A DNA stretch of 35,599 bases from an uncultured Myxococcia bacterium. Its GTDB lineage: Bacteria > CAZTWC01. The stretch lies in NCBI GenBank assembly GCA_964617105.1, contig CAZTWC010000008.1:1-35599 (forward strand), written 5' to 3'. Under the pieces are notes generated by a model, which did not search any database, had not been told where the DNA came from, and was given only the letters and a program-made list of their open reading frames with translations. Made by a program: the position numbers and the translations under genes. Below, in pieces: positions 1 through 8,699 of the stretch (within the stretch, counting starts at the first letter, position 1; each line of letters opens with the position of its first letter).

Positions 1-1992
1 GAAGTGCCTATCGGAATTTCGGTAAATGAGGTTATCAATACCATTGGCGGCGGTTCTGCCTCCAGCAGCAAAATTAAGGCTGTTCAGACCGGCGGCCCTT
101 CTGGCGGTTGTATTCCGGCCCATAAATTCGATTTGCCAATCGACTATAAAAGTCTGGCTGATGCCGGTTCCATTATGGGTTCCGGTGGTATGATTGTGAT
201 GGATGAAAATACTTGCATGGTGGATGTGGCCAAGTATTTTATGAATTTCCTTAAGGATGAGTCGTGCGGCAAGTGTTTTACCTGCCGTAAGGGCATTCAG
301 CGGATGTATGAGTTGCTGGATGATATCTCCAAAGGTGAAGGCACTCTGGAAAAACTTGAACTTTTGGAAAAATTGGCCATTGTGATAAAAGATACCACCA
401 TGTGCGGTCTGGGACAATCTGCCTCAAATCCGGTATTAAGCACGCTTAGGTATTTTCTTAAAGAGTACAAAAGGCATATTGTCGACAAAAGATGTGATGC
501 TTTTGTTTGCAAAGAGTTAGTGGGTGCACCCTGCCAGTCAGCTTGTCCCATTGATACTGAACCATGGCGCTATATTGCACATCTGGAAAATGGTGAATAT
601 GAAAAAGCCTATTTGGCTATCCGGGAAACCAATCCGTTACCTTCGGTTTGTGCCCGGGTTTGCGATCACCGGTGTGAAACCAGATGCAAAATGAGTTCTA
701 CCGGCGACCAACCCATTGCCATCAGGGCTTTAAAACGGGTGATCACTGATCGTATAAATCCTCTATTTTATCAACCAGACTATAAACCCCTTAAATCGAT
801 TAAAACCGATAACAACGATTTGGAAACTCCCAATATTGCCATAGTCGGCTCTGGACCGGCCGGTTTGACCGCTGCCCATTATTTATCGGTTAATGGGTAT
901 CAGGTGACTGTATTTGAGGCGGAAAATGAGCCGGGTGGAATGTTGCTCTCCGGTATTCCTGCCTACCGGCTGCCCAGAAATGTATTGCGTTTGGAGATAA
1001 GTTCTCTTCTGGACGAAAATATAACCTTAAAATGCAACACCAGACTGGGAAAAGATATCACTGTGGATGGTCTTTTAAAAGAGGGGTATCGGGCAGTTTT
1101 TCTGGCTTTGGGAGCCCATAAAAGCCGCAAATTGAATATTGAAGGTGAAAATATGGAAGGGGTTTTGCCCTCCATGAAATTTCTAAAGGCTTTTAACCGG
1201 CATGGCCAGGCTAAAGGAGATGTGGTGGTGATTGGGGGCGGTAACTCAGCGGTAGATGCTGCCAGAACTGCCATCCGCCAGCCCGAAGTAAAAAGCGTTA
1301 CTATCCTCTACCGCCGTACCCGTCAAGAGATGCCCGCATACCATGAAGAGATAGAGGCAGCCTTAGAGGAGGGGATAAAACTTGAACCTTTGGTTTCGCC
1401 TATAAAAATCCACAGTAAAGATGGGCAATTATCCCAAATGGAATGCATTAGAAACAGTCTTGGCGAAATTGACTCCAGCGGCCGGAGAAGCCCAAAACCA
1501 CAATCGGGAACCGAGTATAGGTTATCTCTGGATACACTGATTGTGGCAATCAGTGAAGAGCCAGAAGTCGATTATTTGCCGGCTGACAATATTGAACTCA
1601 GTAAATGGCAAACCGTGGTGATTGATGATAAGACTTTTTCCACCAACCGGCCCGGGGTTTTTGCCGGCGGAGATGTGGTGAGGGGTCCCAGTACTGTGGT
1701 GGACGCTATTGCAGATGGTAAAAAGGTGGCGGCAATAATAGACCGTTATTTGAATCAGGAAGATTTAATTCAACCGGCGCAACTAGCGGTTCCCAAAATT
1801 TATGTGGAGCCGCCGGAATCTACTAGTGATGACACTGATGAGGCGGAGAGAGTCCAGGCCATCTTGAGTCCAGCGGAGTCGAGACAGGGAAATTTTAGAG
1901 AGGTAGAGAAATCTCTTGCCATAGAGGATGCAACTAAAGAGGCTAGGCGCTGCCTGCGGTGTGACTTGGAATTTACAAAATGTAATCAATAG
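1..1992 (+). CDS. NuoF/HydB-like C-terminal part fused to a GltD/SfrB-like FAD, NAD(P)H, 4Fe-4S oxidoreductase; 5' end truncated by the window
   Basis: The frame is open from base 1. NuoF motifs QTGGPSGGC, GSIMGSGGMIVMD and ESCGKCFTCR...CGLG; GltD motifs PCQSACP...VCARVCDHRCETRC, IVGSGPAG, GGGNSAVDAAR, YRRTR, GVFAGGD and C-terminal EARRCLRCD. Confidence 0.88.
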   Translation, partial: EVPIGISVNEVINTIGGGSASSSKIKAVQTGGPSGGCIPAHKFDLPIDYKSLADAGSIMGSGGMIVMDENTCMVDVAKYFMNFLKDESCGKCFTCRKGIQRMYELLDDISKGEGTLEKLELLEKLAIVIKDTTMCGLGQSASNPVLSTLRYFLKEYKRHIVDKRCDAFVCKELVGAPCQSACPIDTEPWRYIAHLENGEYEKAYLAIRETNPLPSVCARVCDHRCETRCKMSSTGDQPIAIRALKRVITDRINPLFYQPDYKPLKSIKTDNNDLETPNIAIVGSGPAGLTAAHYLSVNGYQVTVFEAENEPGGMLLSGIPAYRLPRNVLRLEISSLLDENITLKCNTRLGKDITVDGLLKEGYRAVFLALGAHKSRKLNIEGENMEGVLPSMKFLKAFNRHGQAKGDVVVIGGGNSAVDAARTAIRQPEVKSVTILYRRTRQEMPAYHEEIEAALEEGIKLEPLVSPIKIHSKDGQLSQMECIRNSLGEIDSSGRRSPKPQSGTEYRLSLDTLIVAISEEPEVDYLPADNIELSKWQTVVIDDKTFSTNRPGVFAGGDVVRGPSTVVDAIADGKKVAAIIDRYLNQEDLIQPAQLAVPKIYVEPPESTSDDTDEAERVQAILSPAESRQGNFREVEKSLAIEDATKEARRCLRCDLEFTKCNQ

Positions 1993-2004
1993 GAAGTGTT
2001 CAAG

Positions 2005-2676
2005 ATGATTAATTTAACTATCAATGGTCTGGATGTTTCTGTGGAAGAGGGTTATACCCTGTTGGAAGCGGCCAACTTTTTGGGCTTCCCTATTCCCACT
2101 CTTTGCCACCTGGAAGGACTGTCTCCCTATGGAGCCTGCCGGCTTTGTGTAGTTGAGATCGGTAAAGGCGCCAGTTCAAAGCTGGTATCGTCATGCACCT
2201 ATCCGGCTGAAAATGGCCTGGTGGTACGGACCGCCTCCAATCGGGTTCTTAGGGCCAGAAAAATGATTTTGGAGTTGCTTTTAGCGTCTTGCCCCCAGTC
2301 CAAAGTGATTCAGGATTTAGCCTCGGCCCATAATGTGAGGCAGCAGCGGTTTAAACAAGAACACGAGGATTGTATTCTTTGCGGTCTATGTGTTCGCATG
2401 TGCAACGAGCAGATGACTGGAAACGCTATCGGCTTTAGAGGCCGGGGTGAAAATCGTTCCATTGGCACCCCTTTTGATATTCGTTCCGAAGAGTGCCGGT
2501 TATGTGGCGGATGCAGTTATGTATGTCCCGCCTGCCAACTCAGATGTACTTATACCGAACCAGATAAAGCTATCTGCGGAGGTTGCGCCAACTTGAGCCC
2601 ACCCTGTGCGGCTCAGGATAAATTTGATGATATGATGTGTTACATGGACCCTTGCGTGGCCTGTGAAATTAAATAG
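2005..2676 (+). CDS. 2Fe-2S / 4Fe-4S subunit (NuoG/HydA/FdhA N-terminal-like) with a Cys-rich C-terminal tail
   Basis: IPTLCH...GACRLCVVE...SSC (2Fe-2S), CILCGLCVRMC and CRLCGGCSYVCP (2x 4Fe-4S). AGGA precedes ATG 2005; the track starts at GTG 1996. Confidence 0.85.
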   Translation: MINLTINGLDVSVEEGYTLLEAANFLGFPIPTLCHLEGLSPYGACRLCVVEIGKGASSKLVSSCTYPAENGLVVRTASNRVLRARKMILELLLASCPQSKVIQDLASAHNVRQQRFKQEHEDCILCGLCVRMCNEQMTGNAIGFRGRGENRSIGTPFDIRSEECRLCGGCSYVCPACQLRCTYTEPDKAICGGCANLSPPCAAQDKFDDMMCYMDPCVACEIK

Positions 2677-2700
2677 TTACTAAAAGTCAAGGAGGAAAAT

Positions 2701-4284
2701 ATGTCTCTCTCTAATGTCAATGCTACTGCGGCAACACTTACGAAAAACCGTACCGAAGGGGCGATAGTTCCCACTTCTGGAATGTGTGTTACATGTGTTG
2801 ACGGTTGTGTCGGAATGTGCGAAATCGGCAAATCCGCCTACAGGGGACACGAAGTAATTTATCCCCAACCTTTTGGAGTGATAACTACAGCCGGAGAGAA
2901 AAGGTATCCAATTGATTATTCCCATTTCAATATTATGGGAACCGCGGTTGGCGCTTTAGGAGTTGAGGCAGACAGCGATAAGGCGATTTTTCCTGCCGTT
3001 GATTTGAATGTTACGTTTGGACATGATAACGGGATAAAATTTCGCTATCCCTGGATTATTCCCGGGATTGGCTCTACTAATATAGCCAAGAACAATTGGG
3101 ATGGGCTTGCCATTGGTACCGCTATTGCGGGAACCGGCCTTACTATAGGTGAAAATGTGGTGGGAATGGATCCCCAGGCAGTTTTTAAAAATGGCCGGGT
3201 GGTTGACACGGTTGACCTGAAAAATCGGGTAAAACTCTTTAAAGACCATCAACGTGACGGCTATGGAGCCACTATTGTCCAGGCCAATGTGGAAGATACC
3301 CGGTTGGGAACCCAAGAATACGCCATCCAGAAACTAGGGGTGGATATAGTGGAATTAAAATGGGGACAGGGGGCTAAAAATATTGGCGGCGAGGTTAAGA
3401 TTACCGATTTGAAAAGGGCGCAACTGCTCTATGACCGTGGTTATATTGTCCTTCCTGACCCCACCGATCCGGTGGTGATTAGGGCTTTTGAGCGTGGCGC
3501 TTTCAAAGAGTTTGAAAGACACTCACGCCTGGGCATGGTTGAGGAAGAGTCTTTTGCCAAGCGGGTGGAAGAGTTACGCCAGGCTGGGGCTAAATATATA
3601 TTTTTGAAAACCGGTGCCTATAGACCGGCTGATTTGGCTCGGGCCATTGCCTATGCCTCCAAATACAAGATCGATCTTTTAACGGTTGACGGAGCCGGAG
3701 GCGGTACCGGCATGAGCCCCTGGAGAATGATGAATGAATGGGGAATGCCTCCGGTGGAGTTACACTCTTTGTTATACCAATATGCCAAGCGGATTGCCGA
3801 CCGGGGACAGTATGTTCCGCCTTTGGCTCTGGCCGGTGGCTTTACCTTTGAAGATCAGATATTCAAGGGGCTGTCTCTGGGCGCGCCTTTTGTTAAATTG
3901 ATTGGTATGGCTCGCAGCCCTATTGCTGCTGTTATGGTAGGTAAAACCATAGGACGCACCATCGATCGAAACGAGGTGCCTGTTTATGTGGAGCGTTTTG
4001 GCAAAACCAGAGATGAAATTTTTGTGACTTCAGCCCACTTGCGGGATCAGTTGGGTGATGCAGAGTTTGAAAAATTACCCACCGGGGCTATCGGTCTTTA
4101 CACCTACTATGAGCGTCTGGGCCAGGGTTTACGCCAGTTGATGTGTGGCAGCCGAAAATTTAATCTGGGATACATGACCAGAGATGATCTAGCCGCCCTA
4201 ACCCAGGACGCTGCTGATATCAGTGGAATTCAATTTCTGATGGATGTTGATAAAGCCGAGGTGGATAGTATTCTGGAATTTTAA
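2701..4284 (+). CDS. FMN-binding glutamate synthase family protein (stand-alone synthase domain, no glutamine amidotransferase domain)
   Basis: ELKWGQGAKNIGGE, LTVDGAGGGTG, LAGGF and IGMARSP motifs; N-terminal CxxCxxxCxxxC; strong AGGAGG RBS. Confidence 0.85.
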   Translation: MSLSNVNATAATLTKNRTEGAIVPTSGMCVTCVDGCVGMCEIGKSAYRGHEVIYPQPFGVITTAGEKRYPIDYSHFNIMGTAVGALGVEADSDKAIFPAVDLNVTFGHDNGIKFRYPWIIPGIGSTNIAKNNWDGLAIGTAIAGTGLTIGENVVGMDPQAVFKNGRVVDTVDLKNRVKLFKDHQRDGYGATIVQANVEDTRLGTQEYAIQKLGVDIVELKWGQGAKNIGGEVKITDLKRAQLLYDRGYIVLPDPTDPVVIRAFERGAFKEFERHSRLGMVEEESFAKRVEELRQAGAKYIFLKTGAYRPADLARAIAYASKYKIDLLTVDGAGGGTGMSPWRMMNEWGMPPVELHSLLYQYAKRIADRGQYVPPLALAGGFTFEDQIFKGLSLGAPFVKLIGMARSPIAAVMVGKTIGRTIDRNEVPVYVERFGKTRDEIFVTSAHLRDQLGDAEFEKLPTGAIGLYTYYERLGQGLRQLMCGSRKFNLGYMTRDDLAALTQDAADISGIQFLMDVDKAEVDSILEF

Positions 4285-4298
4285 GAACGAAAATAATT

Positions 4299-4318
4299 CC
4301 CGGGATTGAAATCCCGGG
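4299..4318. terminator. Probable bidirectional intrinsic terminator between convergent genes
   Basis: Perfect 8-bp stem CCCGGGAT-TGAA-ATCCCGGG in the 38-nt gap between two stop codons; followed by AATTATTTT on the minus strand. Confidence 0.65.
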
Positions 4319-4322
4319 TTGA

Positions 4323-5591
4323 CTACTCCAAATTCTTTATAATTTCGAATACTTCTTCGGTGCTCAAGATATGGTCTGAAAACTTGGCATGCTCAAAGAT
4401 AGCATCCACTAACTGCTCCGAAGGCTTTATTCCCATAGTCTGCAGCCAATAGACAACATTGGATTTACCGCTAACCGGCCCTATCTCTATAAGTTGCTCG
4501 CTACCAATAGCATGGGCCGGCACGCCGGAATAGACAAAATCGGCCAGCCAACTATCGTCACTCTTTTTAATAGCCTTAATTATAGCGGCAGCATGGACAC
4601 CGGTGGCGGTTCTAAAGGCATCGTTTCCAATGGCTGGATAGTTATAGGGGATTGGAACCTGGCAGGCATTGGCTACAAAGTGGCAATAGTCGTTGAGAGC
4701 GTGCAAATCACGTTTATAGTAGCCCATCAAGTAGAGGTTGATCAGAATTTGATCCAGGGCGGCATTACCGCAGCGTTCACCTATTCCAAGACAAGTACCG
4801 TGTATCCGGTCAACACCGGCGTCTATGGCTGCCACCAGGGTGTTGCATAGTCCCAGCCCCTTGTCGTTGTGCCCATGCCAGTCAATTTTCACATCTTCTC
4901 CAGCATCCCAAACCACTTTTTTAATATAGTCGAGGAGGTTGATTACCCCATCGGGAGTTGCGTAACCAACTGTATCACAAACACAGATACGTTGGGCGCC
5001 GTTTTGAATGGCCACTGAGTAAAGATGCTTCAATATTCTGGGATCGGCTCTGGTGGTATCTTCGGTAACATACATTACCGGAATTTGGTTGCTAACACAA
5101 AATTTAACACTTTCCTCGGTGTTTTTCAGCATCCTGGAAAGACTCCACTCTTCGGCATAGCGTCTAATAGCACTAGAACCGATAAATATCTGAGCCTCAA
5201 TGGGGATACCGGCCCGCTGCGAGATTTCTACGATAGGTTCAATATCGCCAACAACGGTTCTAGCGGCACAGGCTGGCTTAACATCCATTTTACAATTAAC
5301 AATCTCTTGGGCCAAACGGAGCACATCCTGCTGGACCATTTCGCCTGCCGCTGGCAGACCTATATCCGCGCAATTGATGCCTAACTCATTAATATAATGG
5401 AGTATTTTTAGTTTCTGTTCGATGGTAGGCATTTTGACCGAGGGAGACTGTAATCCATCCCTGAGGGTTTCATCATCGGTCTCCACATTGACAATCCTGC
5501 GGTTAAATAGGTTTCTGGTGTCTTCTCCCAGGTAATTAACGTCATTCCAGGAGTATATTAGACTCTCTTTCAAACCGTTTTTATCTTCCAT
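4323..5591 (-). CDS. LeuA-family (DRE-TIM) acetyl-CoA condensing enzyme, short form lacking the C-terminal allosteric domain (isopropylmalate/homocitrate/Re-citrate synthase-like)
   Basis: DETLRDGLQ, CDTVG, HGHND and GIGERCGN motifs; 422 aa; GAGGTG RBS. Confidence 0.8.
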   Translation of the reverse strand: MEDKNGLKESLIYSWNDVNYLGEDTRNLFNRRIVNVETDDETLRDGLQSPSVKMPTIEQKLKILHYINELGINCADIGLPAAGEMVQQDVLRLAQEIVNCKMDVKPACAARTVVGDIEPIVEISQRAGIPIEAQIFIGSSAIRRYAEEWSLSRMLKNTEESVKFCVSNQIPVMYVTEDTTRADPRILKHLYSVAIQNGAQRICVCDTVGYATPDGVINLLDYIKKVVWDAGEDVKIDWHGHNDKGLGLCNTLVAAIDAGVDRIHGTCLGIGERCGNAALDQILINLYLMGYYKRDLHALNDYCHFVANACQVPIPYNYPAIGNDAFRTATGVHAAAIIKAIKKSDDSWLADFVYSGVPAHAIGSEQLIEIGPVSGKSNVVYWLQTMGIKPSEQLVDAIFEHAKFSDHILSTEEVFEIIKNLE

Positions 5592-5653
5592 AGTTACACC
5601 TCTAATCTGCCAGTTTATAATCAGTTAAGATTTATATTATTGGTTAAAAAAAA

Positions 5654-7255
5654 TTATTTATCATAGGAAAGGATCAATGGATTGATAACAATATCTTTTT
5701 CAGCCCGTTTTTCTTTCACCCACGCATCGACTACCTGTTGCTTTTTTTTCTCCAAGAGTTCCTTACGGGTTTTCTCTTTTTCATCTTTAAATTTTTCCAT
5801 GTCCGCTTCTTTCCGCTCTTTAAGGGAGATGAGAAAGAATTTTTCGTTTACTTCAAATATTTTTTTCGGGGCGGGTTTCTCTTTGGTCAAATGGATGGCT
5901 GCTTTGGAAACTTCATCGGCCATACCAATATTAAAAACATATTCCTGTCCAGGAGAGAAATCCCCGGTTTCCTCAATTATTAAGCCATAAGAGTTGGGCT
6001 TCTCTACCCTTTTTTCCTCTCCCTGGGCATCAGAGACCGTATCATCTTTAGATTCGCCATCCTCTTTTATTTCCACGGACGGTTTGGGGATCAACTGCTC
6101 AAAGGGGGTCTTGGCTTTAAACTGGGCCAGGTAATTTTCCGCCTCTTTTTTAGCCGCCTTTTTTTGGTGCTCATCATTAATCAGTTGGCGGGCAATCTCT
6201 TCTTCCACCTCTTCAAAGGTTTTACTGGTGGGTTTTTTGATCTCTTCACACTTTATTATGTGATAACCAAAAATAGATTCCACCGGCTTACTTACCTCAC
6301 CCTCTTTCAGAGCAAAAGCGGCCATTTCAAAAGGCTTAACCATTTTGCCACGGCTGAAAAATCCAAGGTCCCCTCCCTTATCCTTGGTGGTGGTATCCTG
6401 GGAGTATTTTATTGCCAAATCGGCAAAATTTTCTTTAGGCGCTTCCAGGGAGATCTGTTCAATTTTGGCCTGGGCGTTTAGTCTTTCTTCCGGGGGAGCG
6501 TCTTTTGGCACTTTGATCAGAATATGGCGTGCTCTCACTTGCTTGGGAGTTTTATATTTAGATTTGTGATTATTGTAGTAATCTTTTAATTTTTGGGGTT
6601 CATCCTTTTTAAGGGCGGCTATCTCCTCTGCCTCGATATTTTTCCTGGGGGGGAATTGGTCTGGGGCGAACTTGATAAATTGAAGGTTGATTTTTTCCTG
6701 GTCGTTTTTGTAGGCTTCTTCAACTTCAGAGTTGGAAACGTGAACCAATCGCATTAAGGAGTTGCTGAATTGTTGGGCGATAAGATCCCTTTTAAATTGT
6801 AGTTCGAAATTACTTAAAGAGGTTTGGAAATAGTAATTGACTATTTTTTGGTACAGGGCGAAGTCGAAGTTATCTCCCTGTTTAAAAAAGGGCATCTCTT
6901 TGATGGCTTTAATCAGGATTTCTTCCGGAATTCGTACCCCCATCTTCTTGGCTTCTAAGGCTAGCAACCGGTTGCGGATAATATTTTGCATAACCTGATT
7001 TTTTAATTTTAACTTTTTGGCTATTTCCTGGTTAAAGGTGGGCATTTGACTTTTATAACGTTCATAAATCCGAGAATAAGAAAATTGAAATTCACCCTGG
7101 GAGATCAATTTTCCGTCAATTTTTGCTGCCCAGGGAGTTCCACCCTCCAACCCTTTGCTGCCAGGACCAAAATAGACCGCAAAAACCACGATAATAATGC
7201 CGAAGAGTAAATAGATTAAAAATGACCTTTGATGGTCGCGCATTTTACTGAGCAT
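5654..7255 (-). CDS. ppiD: PpiD/SurA-type membrane-anchored parvulin peptidyl-prolyl isomerase/chaperone
   Basis: N-terminal TM helix, SurA-N-like helical region, parvulin motifs VRARHILI, YSQD...GGDLGFF...MVKPFE...GYHII; ATG 7255 follows a GAGGTG RBS. Confidence 0.82.
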   Translation of the reverse strand: MLSKMRDHQRSFLIYLLFGIIIVVFAVYFGPGSKGLEGGTPWAAKIDGKLISQGEFQFSYSRIYERYKSQMPTFNQEIAKKLKLKNQVMQNIIRNRLLALEAKKMGVRIPEEILIKAIKEMPFFKQGDNFDFALYQKIVNYYFQTSLSNFELQFKRDLIAQQFSNSLMRLVHVSNSEVEEAYKNDQEKINLQFIKFAPDQFPPRKNIEAEEIAALKKDEPQKLKDYYNNHKSKYKTPKQVRARHILIKVPKDAPPEERLNAQAKIEQISLEAPKENFADLAIKYSQDTTTKDKGGDLGFFSRGKMVKPFEMAAFALKEGEVSKPVESIFGYHIIKCEEIKKPTSKTFEEVEEEIARQLINDEHQKKAAKKEAENYLAQFKAKTPFEQLIPKPSVEIKEDGESKDDTVSDAQGEEKRVEKPNSYGLIIEETGDFSPGQEYVFNIGMADEVSKAAIHLTKEKPAPKKIFEVNEKFFLISLKERKEADMEKFKDEKEKTRKELLEKKKQQVVDAWVKEKRAEKDIVINPLILSYDK

Positions 7256-7299
7256 GATTGGCACCTCGGATATATATAATAATAATATTGAAAAAAGTG

Positions 7300-7328
7300 A
7301 GTTTATAGAATTGTAAAGAAAAATTCAA
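7300..7328 (-). promoter_or_regulatory. Candidate sigma70 promoter for ppiD
   Basis: Minus strand TTGAAT-N17-TAAACT in an AT-rich gap upstream of ppiD. Confidence 0.4.
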
Positions 7329-7347
7329 GAATTATCACCATATGCTC

Positions 7348-7688
7348 TCAATAATCGTGAGTACCAATTATGACCTGTTTACCTGTTTTTTCTTCTAGAA
7401 CTTTTTGCATTTTGTTTAAATCCAGGGTGCAGCCGCCGGTTTCGGTGGCCAGTTTCATGCAGGTCCCCAAAAATATAACTTTAGGCTCCCTTTCCAGTCC
7501 GGCTGCAGCCTGAGTTATCATTTTTACTCTTGGAACCAAAAGGCCCGGACAATCTCCACAATCGGTCATGGATACAACATCGATGCTGTCAAAATTACCG
7601 TATTGACCATTTTTTTCCTTGATGGCCTTAAGCCGATACAGGAATGGTCTTTTATTTTTTTACAATAAAAAATTGCCGCTCTGGTCAT
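7348..7688 (-). pseudogene. CGGC-domain putative metal-binding protein, frameshifted near 7631
   Basis: AAGGA RBS then ATG 7688 gives MTRAAIFYCKKIKDHSCIG, which runs out of frame to TGA at 7566-7568. The shifted frame continues KAIKEKNGQYGNFDSIDVVSMTDCGDCPG...GTC...C...IGTHDY to the stop at 7348. Confidence 0.7.
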
Positions 7689-7890
7689 AAATATTTCCTT
7701 ATATGGGTAATTAAAAATTCACGTGCAATTTTTTTGTTTTTGGAATGCACAATGGTATAGTTGCCAGAAATTATATCATTTTAATTTTTTTTTTCCATTT
7801 ATTTTGTTAAAATTATAATGACAGTTTTCGTCAGAGAATTAACATCGTATTGAATAGACATCTGGATTTACGGCATAATGGAGGCTTAGG

Positions 7891-8571
7891 ATGGGAATAA
7901 AAAACCAAAATATTTTTATTATCATGGCGGTTATGTTCTCTCTGTTTATATTTTGGCTGATTTTGGCCGATAATCAACCGCCAGAAAAAGACCAGATTGG
8001 TTTTGATGCCAATAAAAACCAAACCGGAGAAAAAGTTACCCAGCAGGAGCAAAATCGACTAAAGAAACTAAAGCAACAACAAAAGTTGGTTAAATCTCTA
8101 TCCAGACTTTTTCCCTCTACCAAAGATGAAAAAAAGGAGAAAGGGGGGAGTTACCCAAAATCTCTCCCAGAGCCACATGCTGTGCCCAAAGAGGAGGAAT
8201 CCTATCAGGCTGATAATGATGATAACAGAGAACCTTCTCCATACAGTCGCCGGAAGAAAGTGCTATCTCTTTATCCGGATGATTTTCAAGAAGAAGTCAG
8301 CCAGATGCGAGATATTTTTTTGGAGGAGGGGATGGACCCCGATCAGGCTGATAAAATTTTGACCAGCCCCGACCCGCAGATTTTTAAAAAAATTATGAGT
8401 CCAAAAATGCTCAATCAATTTCAATCAATGGTGGATAATTTCAAGCGGCTGCCTTCGGTGATAAAGCACAACACCAGGGTTTTTAATCCCGAAATTCTCC
8501 ACCCAATTCCTGTGCTGCCTCCGCCTGATGGAGATAACTCTGTAAAAGATTATAGCCAGGATTCCCGGTAA
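7891..8571 (+). CDS. Hypothetical membrane-anchored protein
   Basis: GGAGG RBS, N-terminal hydrophobic helix, charged low-complexity linker and helical C-terminal part; no family recognised. Confidence 0.65.
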   Translation: MGIKNQNIFIIMAVMFSLFIFWLILADNQPPEKDQIGFDANKNQTGEKVTQQEQNRLKKLKQQQKLVKSLSRLFPSTKDEKKEKGGSYPKSLPEPHAVPKEEESYQADNDDNREPSPYSRRKKVLSLYPDDFQEEVSQMRDIFLEEGMDPDQADKILTSPDPQIFKKIMSPKMLNQFQSMVDNFKRLPSVIKHNTRVFNPEILHPIPVLPPPDGDNSVKDYSQDSR

Positions 8572-8609
8572 TTTATGCGGGCTTGAATTGCCATCAGGTA
8601 AAAAAAATC

Positions 8610-8636
8610 TTGCAAATTTAATATGGTTGATAGAAT
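8610..8636 (+). promoter_or_regulatory. Candidate extended -10 sigma70 promoter for clpX
   Basis: TGA-TAGAAT (TGn extended -10) at 8628-8636, with TTGCAA at 8610-8615 (15-nt spacer) and an A-tract upstream. Confidence 0.4.
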
Positions 8637-8699
8637 ATTTAACTCTTTTACTTGCTCCAGATTGGAATGCAAAGGATCAATACCCGAAGGTTGAAAACA

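Noticed and set aside
7600..7670. A-runs in the CGGC gene as a programmed frameshift site
   Set aside because: Slippage at the A7 run would skip the DHSCIG segment and would not restore the missing cysteines; a deletion fits better.
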